This document shows positions 49,071 through 58,006 of a stretch of DNA of 64,000 nt, piece by piece; positions within the stretch are counted from its first letter, which is position 1, and each line of letters opens with the position of its first letter. A model generated the notes under the pieces. It was not told where the DNA came from. It worked only from the letters and a program-made list of their open reading frames with translations, and did not search any database. The DNA lies in the IMG/VR virus record IMGVR_UViG_3300027793_000052, positions 248,001 through 312,000 of that record; one strand, written 5' to 3'. A program made the position numbers and the translations under genes.

Positions 49071-49859
49071 ATGATTAAATCTGTTGTACACTGTGCTGAT
49101 ATACACCTACGTTTGTTTAAAAGACATGAGGAATATACAGAACAATTTGAGAAGTTTTATAAAGAATGTGAAGAAATACAACCTGACAGGATTGTTATTG
49201 TTGGTGACTTAGTACATTCTAAGAATCAAATGACACCTGAACTTATTTATATGGTTACAACCTTTTTAAATAATTGTTCAAAAATAGCTATGACTGTTAT
49301 TACATTAGGTAACCATGATTTCTTGGCAAACAATTTAGATAGGATGGATGCTTTATCACCCATCATATCCACAATGGATAACCCTAATATCTTATTTTTA
49401 AAACACACAGGCACATACAGAGATGAAAATGTAGTTTGGTGTGTTTATGGACATATGGAAGGTTCTGAGAGACCTAATATAGAAGAGGCAAGAGAATTAT
49501 ATGGTGATGATGTGACTTATATAGGTTTATATCATGATCCTTTGGTTGGTTTAAAAACTAACGTTGGGTTTGAATTTGAGGATGGTAAAGATATCTCTAT
49601 TTTTGAAGGTTGTGATATGGTTATGTGTGGTGATATCCACAAGTATCAGGTAATGAAACACCGTAAAACACCAATTGTAATGCCATCATCAATGATTCAA
49701 CAAGACTTTGGTGAAGACCCATATAACCACGGTTATGTGTTATGGGATATCACAACAAAAGAACATGAGTTGAAGAGATTACCAAACGATTATGGGTTTT
49801 ATACTTTTAAAATTAAATCTATTGAGGATATAGAAACAGAGTCAGAGAGATTAGTATGA
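49071..49859 (+). CDS. sbcD: Mre11/SbcD/gp47-like metallophosphoesterase nuclease (short)
   Basis: HCADIH, IVIVGDLVH, LGNHD, LYHDP and MCGDIHKYQ motifs. Confidence 0.88.
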   Translation: MIKSVVHCADIHLRLFKRHEEYTEQFEKFYKECEEIQPDRIVIVGDLVHSKNQMTPELIYMVTTFLNNCSKIAMTVITLGNHDFLANNLDRMDALSPIISTMDNPNILFLKHTGTYRDENVVWCVYGHMEGSERPNIEEARELYGDDVTYIGLYHDPLVGLKTNVGFEFEDGKDISIFEGCDMVMCGDIHKYQVMKHRKTPIVMPSSMIQQDFGEDPYNHGYVLWDITTKEHELKRLPNDYGFYTFKIKSIEDIETESERLV

Positions 49860-50125
49860 ACTATGATGAACAAATAAAATCAATTGAAGAACTTATAGGT
49901 TATTTTGATTTTAAAATCAATAACGTACTTAATAGAACCGAAACTGAATATAGGGGTGGGCTTAGAAGACTTATGTTACAACGTAATAAATTAATTGATA
50001 GTTATCATATTTTATTAGAAACAAGACGTAGAAACGTATTAGGTATAAAAAAACAAATAAAACCACATAAATTCAACGAACCAATAAATTTTGATATAAC
50101 ATTCTTAACAGATTATTATTTTTAA
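49856..50125 (+). CDS. Hypothetical protein
   Basis: 89 aa, ATGA overlap. Confidence 0.6.
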   Translation: MNYDEQIKSIEELIGYFDFKINNVLNRTETEYRGGLRRLMLQRNKLIDSYHILLETRRRNVLGIKKQIKPHKFNEPINFDITFLTDYYF

Positions 50126-50820
50126 TGGACTTATTACCTAAAAATATTAAAGACGATATTTGGAATTATTGTAGAGCCAATAATATAACCAATATGGATA
50201 AGTTCATAGTTGATATGGTTATCCAAGGATTGAATATTGAGAAATATGGTAACTCACCTATTGTACCACAAGTTATAGAAAAAGAGGTTATAAAAGAGGT
50301 TGAAATTGAAAAGATTGTTGAAGTACCTGTTGAGAAAATAGTAGAGAAGGTGGTTGAAGTACCAGTGGAAAAGATTGTGGAGAAAACAATAGAGGTACCT
50401 GTAGAAAAAATTGTAGAAAAGGAAGTTTATATCACCAATAATGAAGAAGTTGAAAAATTAACTCTCGACATTACCAAATTAAAGGAGGATAATAAAAAAT
50501 CATCTGATAAGGTAGAAAAATTATCTAAAGCCAATGAATTGTTAAATTCTGATTTAAAAACAAAAGAACTAGAAGTTGGTGAAATAAAATCTGAACGTGA
50601 TAACTTATTGTTAGAGTTAGATAAAGAAAAAACCAAGGTTAGTAATTCTGAATTAAATAAACTATACCAAAAAATACAAAATTTGGAGTCCCTTTTGGAA
50701 GTTGAAAAAAATAGAAGTAAACCTAAAATTGATATTACAAACCCTTTTAATGATAAACCCAAGGATGTTATTAAATGGGTACCACAGGAAAAAGATGATA
50801 AAGATTTATATAACGAATAG
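50125..50820 (+). CDS. Protein with EKIVEVPV repeats and a coiled coil
   Basis: (E/V/K/P)-rich 12-aa repeats followed by a long heptad region. Confidence 0.75.
   Translation: MDLLPKNIKDDIWNYCRANNITNMDKFIVDMVIQGLNIEKYGNSPIVPQVIEKEVIKEVEIEKIVEVPVEKIVEKVVEVPVEKIVEKTIEVPVEKIVEKEVYITNNEEVEKLTLDITKLKEDNKKSSDKVEKLSKANELLNSDLKTKELEVGEIKSERDNLLLELDKEKTKVSNSELNKLYQKIQNLESLLEVEKNRSKPKIDITNPFNDKPKDVIKWVPQEKDDKDLYNE
50278..50427 (+). repeat. Degenerate 36-nt tandem repeat encoding EKIVEK(V/T)(V/I)EVPV
   Basis: EKEVIKEVEIEKIVEVPVEKIVEKVVEVPVEKIVEKTIEVPVEKIVEKEV, with synonymous variation between units. Confidence 0.85.
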
Positions 50821-50854
50821 TGACTTATTATAAAATATATAACATAATTAACTA

Positions 50855-53227
50855 ATGACTACAATAACAAAAGAAAAAATAAAAATACCAGCTAAAGCAT
50901 CGGTTAGAGTAATATGGGAAGGTGACCCCGTAGAATATACAAAAGATAGGGTAAAACGTATTGAACAATATATCGCAGAAAAATATTCTGTAGATAAAGT
51001 ACAAGTTATTTTTAAACCCAAAAAACAAAATACTGAACACGGGGAAGTTGAAATGGCCATAACGGATAACGTTATGGATATCAATTACCAACGTAGATTA
51101 TTTAAAGAATGGTTAGATGGTAATAAAATTGACGTGGATTGGGATAGACTTATTAGGTTGGATGATAAGGTTAACGATAAGTTAAAAGAAAAACGTGATA
51201 TAGAATATCGTTATCGTAATTGGCATATTAAAGAATTGGAGTGGGATAATTTCCTATCTTATGGTGATGGAAATAAGTTGTCTATAGATGGTTTAAAAGG
51301 TATTACAACAATTACCTCTAATCCACCTAATATGGGTGGTAAGACTGCTATGGCAATAGATTTACTTTTATTCTTATTCTTTAACGAAACAACAAGAACT
51401 AAAGTTGCTGCACAAATTTTTAATAAATTTAGGGATGTTAATAATGTTAGGGTCAAAGGTGTTATTAATATAGACGGTGGTGACTATGTCATAGAAAGAA
51501 ACTTAAGTAGAAGTAAAAAGAAAACCGAAGAAGGTTATAATGTTAAAACTGATTTAAATTTTCAGAAGATATTATCTGATGGTTCTGTTTTAAATTTAGA
51601 AGGTGAACAACGTAGGGAAACGGATGAGTTTATTAAAAAATCTATTGGTGATGTTGATGATTTTCTTTTAACTATCATTGCTACATCAGATAATTTGGAA
51701 GAATTAATACACACTCTACCAACACAAAAAGGTAAGTTATTATCTAAATTTATTGGTTTAGAAGTTATAGAACAAAAAGAAGAAATTGTTAAAGAAATGA
51801 AATCGGCTTGGGCTAAAAACTTAAAATCAGATCAATATAACACAGGTGATTTAAAAAAAGAAATTGAAAATCTAGAAAGTAAAATTAAAGATTTTAATGA
51901 AGATATTAAAATATCTGAAGAAACATTATCTTCATTAAAAGAAGAAATTGTTGATACAACTTCCATTAAAGAAACTTTACTATCCCAAAAAATTATTATT
52001 GATGGTGAAATAATAAAATTAAGACCTGAAGATATCAATAGAGAAATAGATACCGTAATTGAAAAGGGTAAAAAATCTAAAGAAAAGTACGATATACTAA
52101 AAACCGAATTTGATAGATTAACTGAAATAGAATATGATGCTCAGATACATAAAGAGTGGAAGCAACAATTAAGTGATTTAAATACATCTAGAAGTCATAA
52201 AACTATAAAAAAAGACAGCGTTGAGGGTTTAATTAAAAATCTTGAAGAGGGTGAATTTTGTTCTCTATGTAAACAACCTTTAAAAGATGTTGACCATTCT
52301 GATGAAATTGCTAGCAATAAAATTACCTTAGAAAAGTTAATCGAAGATATCAAAGGGTTTGATACTGAAATTGAAGAGGCTAAAAAAGAAATTGAAAAGT
52401 TTGATAAAATTAAAGAACAGGTTGATGAATATGATAGAAAATCTATTATGATTGACAAAATTGAACTTGAGATTGAAAACTTTAGACTTCAACTAAAAGA
52501 TAAAAAAGATTTAAAGAAAAAATACGAGGACAATATCGGTAATATAGAAAAAAACAAAGACCTAGATTCCAAAATACTTGGTTATAACGCTAAACTGGAT
52601 AGGTTAAATAGAGAAAAAGACGAATTAATAACCAAAATACAACGTAATAAAACTGAAATTGAACGTTTTGAAGATAACATAGTTAAAAACAAAGAATTAA
52701 TTAAAACAATTAAAGTTGAAGAAGAGGTTAAACTTATTTTTGATATATACATTAGGATAGTTGGTAAAAACGGTATTACAAAATTAATAATGAAAAATGT
52801 TATACCTTTATTAAATTCAGAATTAGAAAGATTATTAACGGATTCCGCTGATTTTAAAATTACCGTGGATTTAAATTCTAAACAGGAGGTTGATTTTATG
52901 TTAGAAAAAGAAGAGGGTGGTAAAAAAATAAGTTATTTATTAACAGAAGGTAGTGGTTTAGAAAAAACGTTAGGTTCTTTAGCCTTAAGAATGGTACTAT
53001 CAAGGGTCAGTACATTACCCAAACCAAATATAATAGTGTTAGATGAAATTTTTGGTAAGGTGGCTAATGAAAATTTAGACTTGGTGGGTAATTTTTTTCA
53101 AAAGTGCTCTGAGATGTTTGATAATATATTTCTGATTACTCATAACCCGTTAGTTAAAGATTGGAGTACAAATATTATAACAATAGAAAAAATTAATAAT
53201 ATTTCTTCTTTGAAGTTATCAAGATAA
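50855..53227 (+). CDS. sbcC: Rad50/SbcC/gp46-like SMC ATPase with ~115-aa N-terminal extension
   Basis: IKELEWDNFLSYG, NMGGKT, CSLC Zn hook, SGLEK signature, VLDEIFG and LITH motifs. Confidence 0.9.
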   Translation: MTTITKEKIKIPAKASVRVIWEGDPVEYTKDRVKRIEQYIAEKYSVDKVQVIFKPKKQNTEHGEVEMAITDNVMDINYQRRLFKEWLDGNKIDVDWDRLIRLDDKVNDKLKEKRDIEYRYRNWHIKELEWDNFLSYGDGNKLSIDGLKGITTITSNPPNMGGKTAMAIDLLLFLFFNETTRTKVAAQIFNKFRDVNNVRVKGVINIDGGDYVIERNLSRSKKKTEEGYNVKTDLNFQKILSDGSVLNLEGEQRRETDEFIKKSIGDVDDFLLTIIATSDNLEELIHTLPTQKGKLLSKFIGLEVIEQKEEIVKEMKSAWAKNLKSDQYNTGDLKKEIENLESKIKDFNEDIKISEETLSSLKEEIVDTTSIKETLLSQKIIIDGEIIKLRPEDINREIDTVIEKGKKSKEKYDILKTEFDRLTEIEYDAQIHKEWKQQLSDLNTSRSHKTIKKDSVEGLIKNLEEGEFCSLCKQPLKDVDHSDEIASNKITLEKLIEDIKGFDTEIEEAKKEIEKFDKIKEQVDEYDRKSIMIDKIELEIENFRLQLKDKKDLKKKYEDNIGNIEKNKDLDSKILGYNAKLDRLNREKDELITKIQRNKTEIERFEDNIVKNKELIKTIKVEEEVKLIFDIYIRIVGKNGITKLIMKNVIPLLNSELERLLTDSADFKITVDLNSKQEVDFMLEKEEGGKKISYLLTEGSGLEKTLGSLALRMVLSRVSTLPKPNIIVLDEIFGKVANENLDLVGNFFQKCSEMFDNIFLITHNPLVKDWSTNIITIEKINNISSLKLSR

Positions 53228-53239
53228 CACTTATCTTTG
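53209..53239 (+). promoter_or_regulatory. Bacteroidota housekeeping-type promoter TTTG-N19-TATCTTTG
   Basis: TTTG at 53209-53212, 19-nt spacer, TATCTTTG at 53232-53239; matches the -33/-7 consensus. Confidence 0.6.
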
Positions 53240-53244
53240 TGAAG

Positions 53245-53253
53245 ATATTTATA
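53245..53253 (+). promoter_or_regulatory. ATATTTATA candidate late-promoter motif
   Basis: 15 nt before the ATG at 53269. Confidence 0.55.
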
Positions 53254-53268
53254 ATAAAAACATAACTT

Positions 53269-53745
53269 ATGGATAGTAAAAGATTTTTAATGGTAATTCT
53301 TGGTACATCATCCGATATTGAAACTGATTTAAATTATATTGCGGATGGTGATAGTGGTGTTAACTATGTAGACGGTAAGGGTATATTTATTTGTACGTTT
53401 TTTAGTCCATATACAACAACTGAAATTCAAGAAAAATTGTCCCACAGACCTGCTATAATGATTTTTGATATTACAGATATGGACAACTACAGTGTTAACT
53501 TACCTTCAAAGTATTATGCCGGTTTATTTCCAGAAGTTGCTAAAACAATGGAATCCATTAATGAAAGTTTAAAACCTAAATGGGAACCTGTGGCTTCTAA
53601 AACTAAAAAATCTTCTAAGAAAAAAGAAGTTAAAAAAACAGAAGAGTTTGATTCTGTAGATGAGATTTTAGATAAACTATCACGTAATAATTACGATAGA
53701 AGTTGTTTAACCGAAAAAGAAATCAATATATTAAATAAAATATGA
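53269..53745 (+). CDS. Hypothetical protein
   Basis: 158 aa, ending in a VDEILDKLS...LTEKEINIL helical motif. Confidence 0.7.
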   Translation: MDSKRFLMVILGTSSDIETDLNYIADGDSGVNYVDGKGIFICTFFSPYTTTEIQEKLSHRPAIMIFDITDMDNYSVNLPSKYYAGLFPEVAKTMESINESLKPKWEPVASKTKKSSKKKEVKKTEEFDSVDEILDKLSRNNYDRSCLTEKEINILNKI

Positions 53746-53924
53746 CATTTTTAATTTTATATGGAATATGGACATTACATGTACTATTAGGCGTTTGCTT
53801 CTTATACTATTTTGTTTCTAAAAAAAGTTTTGATTTCGATAATGTATTAGCTGTAATGATTTTTATTTCATTGTGGCCAATAATAGTTTTATTTTATTTT
53901 TGTAAAAAATGTTTAAAATATTAA
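53742..53924 (+). CDS. Small two-TM membrane protein
   Basis: Two hydrophobic segments; ATGA overlap. Confidence 0.55.
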   Translation: MTFLILYGIWTLHVLLGVCFLYYFVSKKSFDFDNVLAVMIFISLWPIIVLFYFCKKCLKY

Positions 53925-54385
53925 ATTACCTACCTTCATGGTTAAAAAAGAAAAAAACAGTAAAAAATACTGAAGATAAAGATGTTAAATCTTTAATCAA
54001 TCTTCTAAAGAAAGAAGATAAAAAAACACCTAAAATCGAAAGATACGAATATCAAGGACACACTTATAAAATCGGTGATAAGGTTATTTGTAGATCCAAT
54101 GAACCACATCCATTTTGGTATGGTAAAATAGTTGAGTTTTGGGACAATAATGGTAAATGGAACACGGCAGTACCTAGGGTCAGAAATCTAAAAACTGGTA
54201 AAGTTTGGGGTGTTAATGGAATTATTAAACCTTTTTCTAAAGAGTTAGTCGAAAAACTAAAAACCATGAAAGCTTTGGAACAATGGAATTATTTAGCACC
54301 TGAAGAAGCTAGGTATACAGAAAGTGAAATGAAACTTAAAGAAGAAAACTTTAAGAAAAAATCCGAATTATATAAAAAAAGTTAG
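53909..54385 (+). CDS. Hypothetical protein (SH3/KOW-like segment)
   Basis: YKIGDKVICR...GKIVEF motif. Confidence 0.6.
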   Translation: MFKILNYLPSWLKKKKTVKNTEDKDVKSLINLLKKEDKKTPKIERYEYQGHTYKIGDKVICRSNEPHPFWYGKIVEFWDNNGKWNTAVPRVRNLKTGKVWGVNGIIKPFSKELVEKLKTMKALEQWNYLAPEEARYTESEMKLKEENFKKKSELYKKS

Positions 54386-54432
54386 TATATTTGTAATTAA
54401 TTAATAAAACGGTCTATTTATTGTTGATTACA

Positions 54433-54798
54433 ATGTTATTTGAAGAATACGAGAAGATTTTAACAAAAGGTAAACGTGTCGAATGGCACGGAATTTCAGT
54501 ACCTAAAGATTTGTTAACCCCAACAGTTCAAGCGGTTGCACAAAATATTATTGAAACAATTAATAAATTTGAATCTATAGCTGTTGATAAAGACAATAAA
54601 AAACAGTATATTTGTACACTTTGGGATAATCTTAAAAATTTACCATATAAATTAAACAATGATTTTTTTCTAATTAAAAAGAATAAAATAGAAGAAAATT
54701 TAAAACAAAAACCAATTAAAGAAAGTAAAAAAGAAGAAACAACAAATAGTAAAAAACCCACCAAAAATAGTAGTTTAATATTCGGAAATAAAAAATAA
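54433..54798 (+). CDS. Hypothetical protein
   Basis: ATG at 54433 preferred over the track TTG at 54421. Confidence 0.6.
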   Translation: MLFEEYEKILTKGKRVEWHGISVPKDLLTPTVQAVAQNIIETINKFESIAVDKDNKKQYICTLWDNLKNLPYKLNNDFFLIKKNKIEENLKQKPIKESKKEETTNSKKPTKNSSLIFGNKK

Positions 54799-54808
54799 AG
54801 TTACATAT

Positions 54809-55636
54809 ATGAATAACACGACAAACATTAAAAGATTTATTGACACGTCAGAAGAAAGCATCTCTAGATACTTAAAAGACGTAAGAAAGGTTGATGTATT
54901 AACTCCTGAGGAAGAAAACAAATTAGCTTTAGAGGTACAAAATGGTAATCAAATTGCGATGGAAAAGTTAATTACGGCAAATCTTAGATTTGTCATTAGT
55001 GTGGCTAAAGAATATCAAGGGCAAGGTTTACCTTTGGTGGATTTGATATCTGAAGGTAACTTTGGTTTAATTAAGGCGGCACAAAAATTTGACCCTAGTC
55101 GTGGATTTAGATTTATATCTTATGCGGTTTGGTGGGTTAAACAATCTATCATACAATCTTTAAATGATAACGCTAGAACTGTACGCATACCCGTTAATGT
55201 AACAAATAACGTATCTAAACTTAAAAAAGATATGGCAGCTTTTGAACAAGAACACGGTAGAAAGGCTACTGACGCTGATATGGATTTAAGTTTGTTAAAC
55301 TTACCATCTTGTACGTCACTTAATGAAACTATTAATGAAGATGGTGATGAAATGTTGGATGTTATTGCTGATAACACTTTTGAATCACCTGACGAATCTT
55401 TTCAGAAACCATCCGATATGTTAAAAGTTGAACTAGATAAAACTTTATCGGTGTTATCACCTAGAGAAAGAGTTATTATTGAACTTTACTTTGGTTTAAA
55501 TGGTACACCTCTAACTTTAGAAGAAATAGGTGAGGATTATAATCTTACAAAAGAACGTATAAGACAGATTAAAGCAAAGGCTTTACGTAAATTAAGAGAT
55601 AAAAGTCAAAATTTATTTGACTTTGTACACAAATAA
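54809..55636 (+). CDS. rpoD: RNA polymerase sigma70 factor, RpoD/SigA type without region 1.1
   Basis: YLKDV, ANLRFVISVAKEY, DLISEGN.GLIKAAQKFDPSRGFRFISYAVWW, RTVRIP and TLEEIG..LTKERIRQIK motifs. Confidence 0.93.
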   Translation: MNNTTNIKRFIDTSEESISRYLKDVRKVDVLTPEEENKLALEVQNGNQIAMEKLITANLRFVISVAKEYQGQGLPLVDLISEGNFGLIKAAQKFDPSRGFRFISYAVWWVKQSIIQSLNDNARTVRIPVNVTNNVSKLKKDMAAFEQEHGRKATDADMDLSLLNLPSCTSLNETINEDGDEMLDVIADNTFESPDESFQKPSDMLKVELDKTLSVLSPRERVIIELYFGLNGTPLTLEEIGEDYNLTKERIRQIKAKALRKLRDKSQNLFDFVHK

Positions 55637-55641
55637 AATTG

Positions 55642-55667
55642 AAACCACGGAATTCCGTGGTTTTTTT
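55642..55667 (+). terminator. Rho-independent terminator
   Basis: AAACCACGG-AATT-CCGTGGTTT plus T run. Confidence 0.88.
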
Positions 55668-55715
55668 ATTTAATTTATACCGATATGTGTTATTATTAAT
55701 ATAATAAATAATAAG

Positions 55716-55724
55716 ATATTTATA
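55716..55724 (+). promoter_or_regulatory. ATATTTATA candidate late-promoter motif
   Basis: 17 nt before the ATG at 55742. Confidence 0.55.
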
Positions 55725-55741
55725 TTAAAAATTAAAATAAC

Positions 55742-56050
55742 ATGAAAACAATTACCGAATTTATTGATAAATGGGCCATCAGGGTGATGTTTCCATTGGT
55801 TATTATTGTTTTTTTTAAAACATGTAACACAAACAACAAGGTAGAAAAAACTAGAGAAGAATTAACCTTTAAAGTTGATAGTATTAACAATGTTGTTAAA
55901 CAATCAGCTTCAAAACCTGAAATAGAGAAGATGATTAAGATTGAAGGTTTAAAATCTGAAAAGAGAATGATACAATCAACAGATAGAAAAATTTTAGATG
56001 TTAATAGACAATCTGAGATTGATAAGGAGATTGAAACATTGAACAAATAA
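55742..56050 (+). CDS. Membrane-anchored small coiled-coil protein
   Basis: N-terminal hydrophobic segment WAIRVMFPLVIIVFF followed by a charged helix. Confidence 0.65.
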   Translation: MKTITEFIDKWAIRVMFPLVIIVFFKTCNTNNKVEKTREELTFKVDSINNVVKQSASKPEIEKMIKIEGLKSEKRMIQSTDRKILDVNRQSEIDKEIETLNK

Positions 56051-56754
56051 TGGGTTTTAGACGTATAATTAAAGAATCTATAACAGAGTTTGAGTGGAAA
56101 AAACTCATAGGTGAGGGTTTGATAAAAACCCATAACCCAAAACAGGTTGTTGATATTTTAAATAGATTCGTTAATAAAACATTAGATGTAAAATTACACA
56201 AAGAGGAAGATAGTGACACTTCTGGTATTATTTTAGTTTACTTTAAAGAAGATTTTAAAAAAACAAAAATAGACGAATTATTATCTTTTATGAATAATAT
56301 GGGATACTATCCGGCTGGATTTTTTAGTAAAACAAATATGTTTACTAAAACGTATCAGGAGTTAGGTGATGATTTATATAGCGTAAGGTTTGAACCTAAA
56401 TTTGATACAGAATATATACCGCAAGATAGATATATGTACCACATAACAGATGGTAAACATATCGAAAAAATAATGAGGATAGGGTTAACACCTAAAACTA
56501 AATCTAAAGCATTATATCACCCAGAAAGAATATATTTAACAAAGACAATCAACGATGCTTTAAACATAAAAACAATATTTAGTTTACAGAATTTAGAGTC
56601 TGATTATGGTTTGATAGTATTGAAAATAGATTTACAAAATTTATTTATACATCTTAGGGAAGATTCACAATTTAAAGGTGGTGTTTATACAACCGATAAC
56701 ATACCACCAAATCATATACAAGTGGTGGATTTAAAAAAAACAAATAATGATTAA
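56050..56754 (+). CDS. Protein with C-terminal ADP-ribosyltransferase-fold domain (Tpt1/KptA NAD-binding-lobe-like)
   Basis: YHITDGKHIEKIMRIGLTP, RIYLT, VLKID and GVYTTDNIPPNHI motifs. Confidence 0.6.
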   Translation: MGFRRIIKESITEFEWKKLIGEGLIKTHNPKQVVDILNRFVNKTLDVKLHKEEDSDTSGIILVYFKEDFKKTKIDELLSFMNNMGYYPAGFFSKTNMFTKTYQELGDDLYSVRFEPKFDTEYIPQDRYMYHITDGKHIEKIMRIGLTPKTKSKALYHPERIYLTKTINDALNIKTIFSLQNLESDYGLIVLKIDLQNLFIHLREDSQFKGGVYTTDNIPPNHIQVVDLKKTNND

Positions 56755-57406
56755 TTGGTTTAAAAATAACAAGAAAAGTTTAATTAGAGGAGCATTCCTA
56801 GTACCGATAATACTAGTGATGTTTATATCCATATCACACGTAGTTAGTTGGTATGATTTAGCAAACCCTTTTAAATGGGCTATATATCTATCGGTAGCTA
56901 TAGAAATAGCTGCTATGAGTTCCATTGCTGCAGCATCTGTAAGAATTAAAGGTGGTGTTTGGTTGGTATTCATATTGGTGACATTGATACAGTTCATGGG
57001 TAACATATTTTTTTGTTTTAATGATATCGATGTTAACTCTAAAGAGTTTAAAAGTTGGGTGGAATTGACAGGACCGATATTTGAGTCTATTGGTTCTGAT
57101 ATTAAGGATATTGTTGCACAAAAAAGATGGTTAGCTTTATTAGAGGGTGGTTTACTACCTATCATATCATTAACTTCATTGCACTTCTTCATTAGATACG
57201 GTGGTGAAGATGACACTAAGATTGAACGAATCAACCAAGCTACCGACCAAGCTACAGACCAAGTAGTTGAAGAGGTGAAAGAACCTGAAACCGTAATACA
57301 AGAAATAGTAGAAGAAATTTCTACACCAGAATCACCAACAACAATTACAACTAATGCTATAATAGACAGACCCAAAAAAAGAAATTGGTGGGGTAAAATT
57401 AGTTGA
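56747..57406 (+). CDS. Multi-pass membrane protein (holin candidate)
   Basis: About 4 hydrophobic segments and an acidic tail, directly upstream of the amidase-like gene. Confidence 0.6.
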   Translation: MINWFKNNKKSLIRGAFLVPIILVMFISISHVVSWYDLANPFKWAIYLSVAIEIAAMSSIAAASVRIKGGVWLVFILVTLIQFMGNIFFCFNDIDVNSKEFKSWVELTGPIFESIGSDIKDIVAQKRWLALLEGGLLPIISLTSLHFFIRYGGEDDTKIERINQATDQATDQVVEEVKEPETVIQEIVEEISTPESPTTITTNAIIDRPKKRNWWGKIS

Positions 57407-58005
57407 AAATGATAAATAAAACAACATATCAATTACCAGAAGAAAATTATTATAAAGATATCTTCGATAAGACACAAATAATAATTGGCCATACGTATAG
57501 AAATAATATGAAACATTATGGTAGTTGGGTATATAGATTAAATGGTAAAAATAAAAAAACAGCAACATTTACCATAACCAAAGAAGGTAAAATATTCCAA
57601 CATTATGATCCTAAATATTACTCAGACTTTACAAATAATAACCAAGACAAAGCCTCCATATCTATAGTATTAGAAAATTTGGGTTGGTTAAAAAAAGATG
57701 GTATAATTAATCGTTATGTAGATTGGTTAGGTAATACACATAGAAAAGAAGAAGATGAAATTTTAAGTAAACGTTGGCGAAATCATAATTATTGGGACAA
57801 ATACAGTCAAGAACAATTATCGGCATTAAAAATTATCATAAATAAATTGTGTGAAGAATATAATATACCAAAAAATTTTATTGGCCACAATGTTTATGAT
57901 GAAAATGTGGATCTTTATAAAGGAATAACATTTAGAAGTAACTATAGTCAGGAATCAACAGACGTTAGTCCTGCTTTTGATATGGAATTATTAAAAAACT
58001 TGTAA
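57403..58005 (+). CDS. N-acetylmuramoyl-L-alanine amidase (Amidase_2)-like protein
   Basis: IIIGHT, FTITKEGKIFQ, SISIVLEN, YSQEQLSAL..L...YNIP and TDVSPAFD motifs. The start may be ATG 57409. Confidence 0.7.
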   Translation: MKMINKTTYQLPEENYYKDIFDKTQIIIGHTYRNNMKHYGSWVYRLNGKNKKTATFTITKEGKIFQHYDPKYYSDFTNNNQDKASISIVLENLGWLKKDGIINRYVDWLGNTHRKEEDEILSKRWRNHNYWDKYSQEQLSALKIIINKLCEEYNIPKNFIGHNVYDENVDLYKGITFRSNYSQESTDVSPAFDMELLKNL

Positions 58006-58006
58006 A

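Noticed and set aside
48080-50085. Shared C-terminal IK(K/P)H(R/K)F motif in ORFs 47465 and 49856
   Set aside because: A six-residue similarity in Lys-rich proteins is too short to support without a database search.
55742-56050. Spanin/lipoprotein call
   Set aside because: FKTC is not a convincing lipobox and no embedded o-spanin ORF was found; kept as a generic membrane-anchored protein.
56731-57432. 233-aa minus-strand ORF
   Set aside because: Fully overlaps the well-supported membrane-protein gene; no independent signal.
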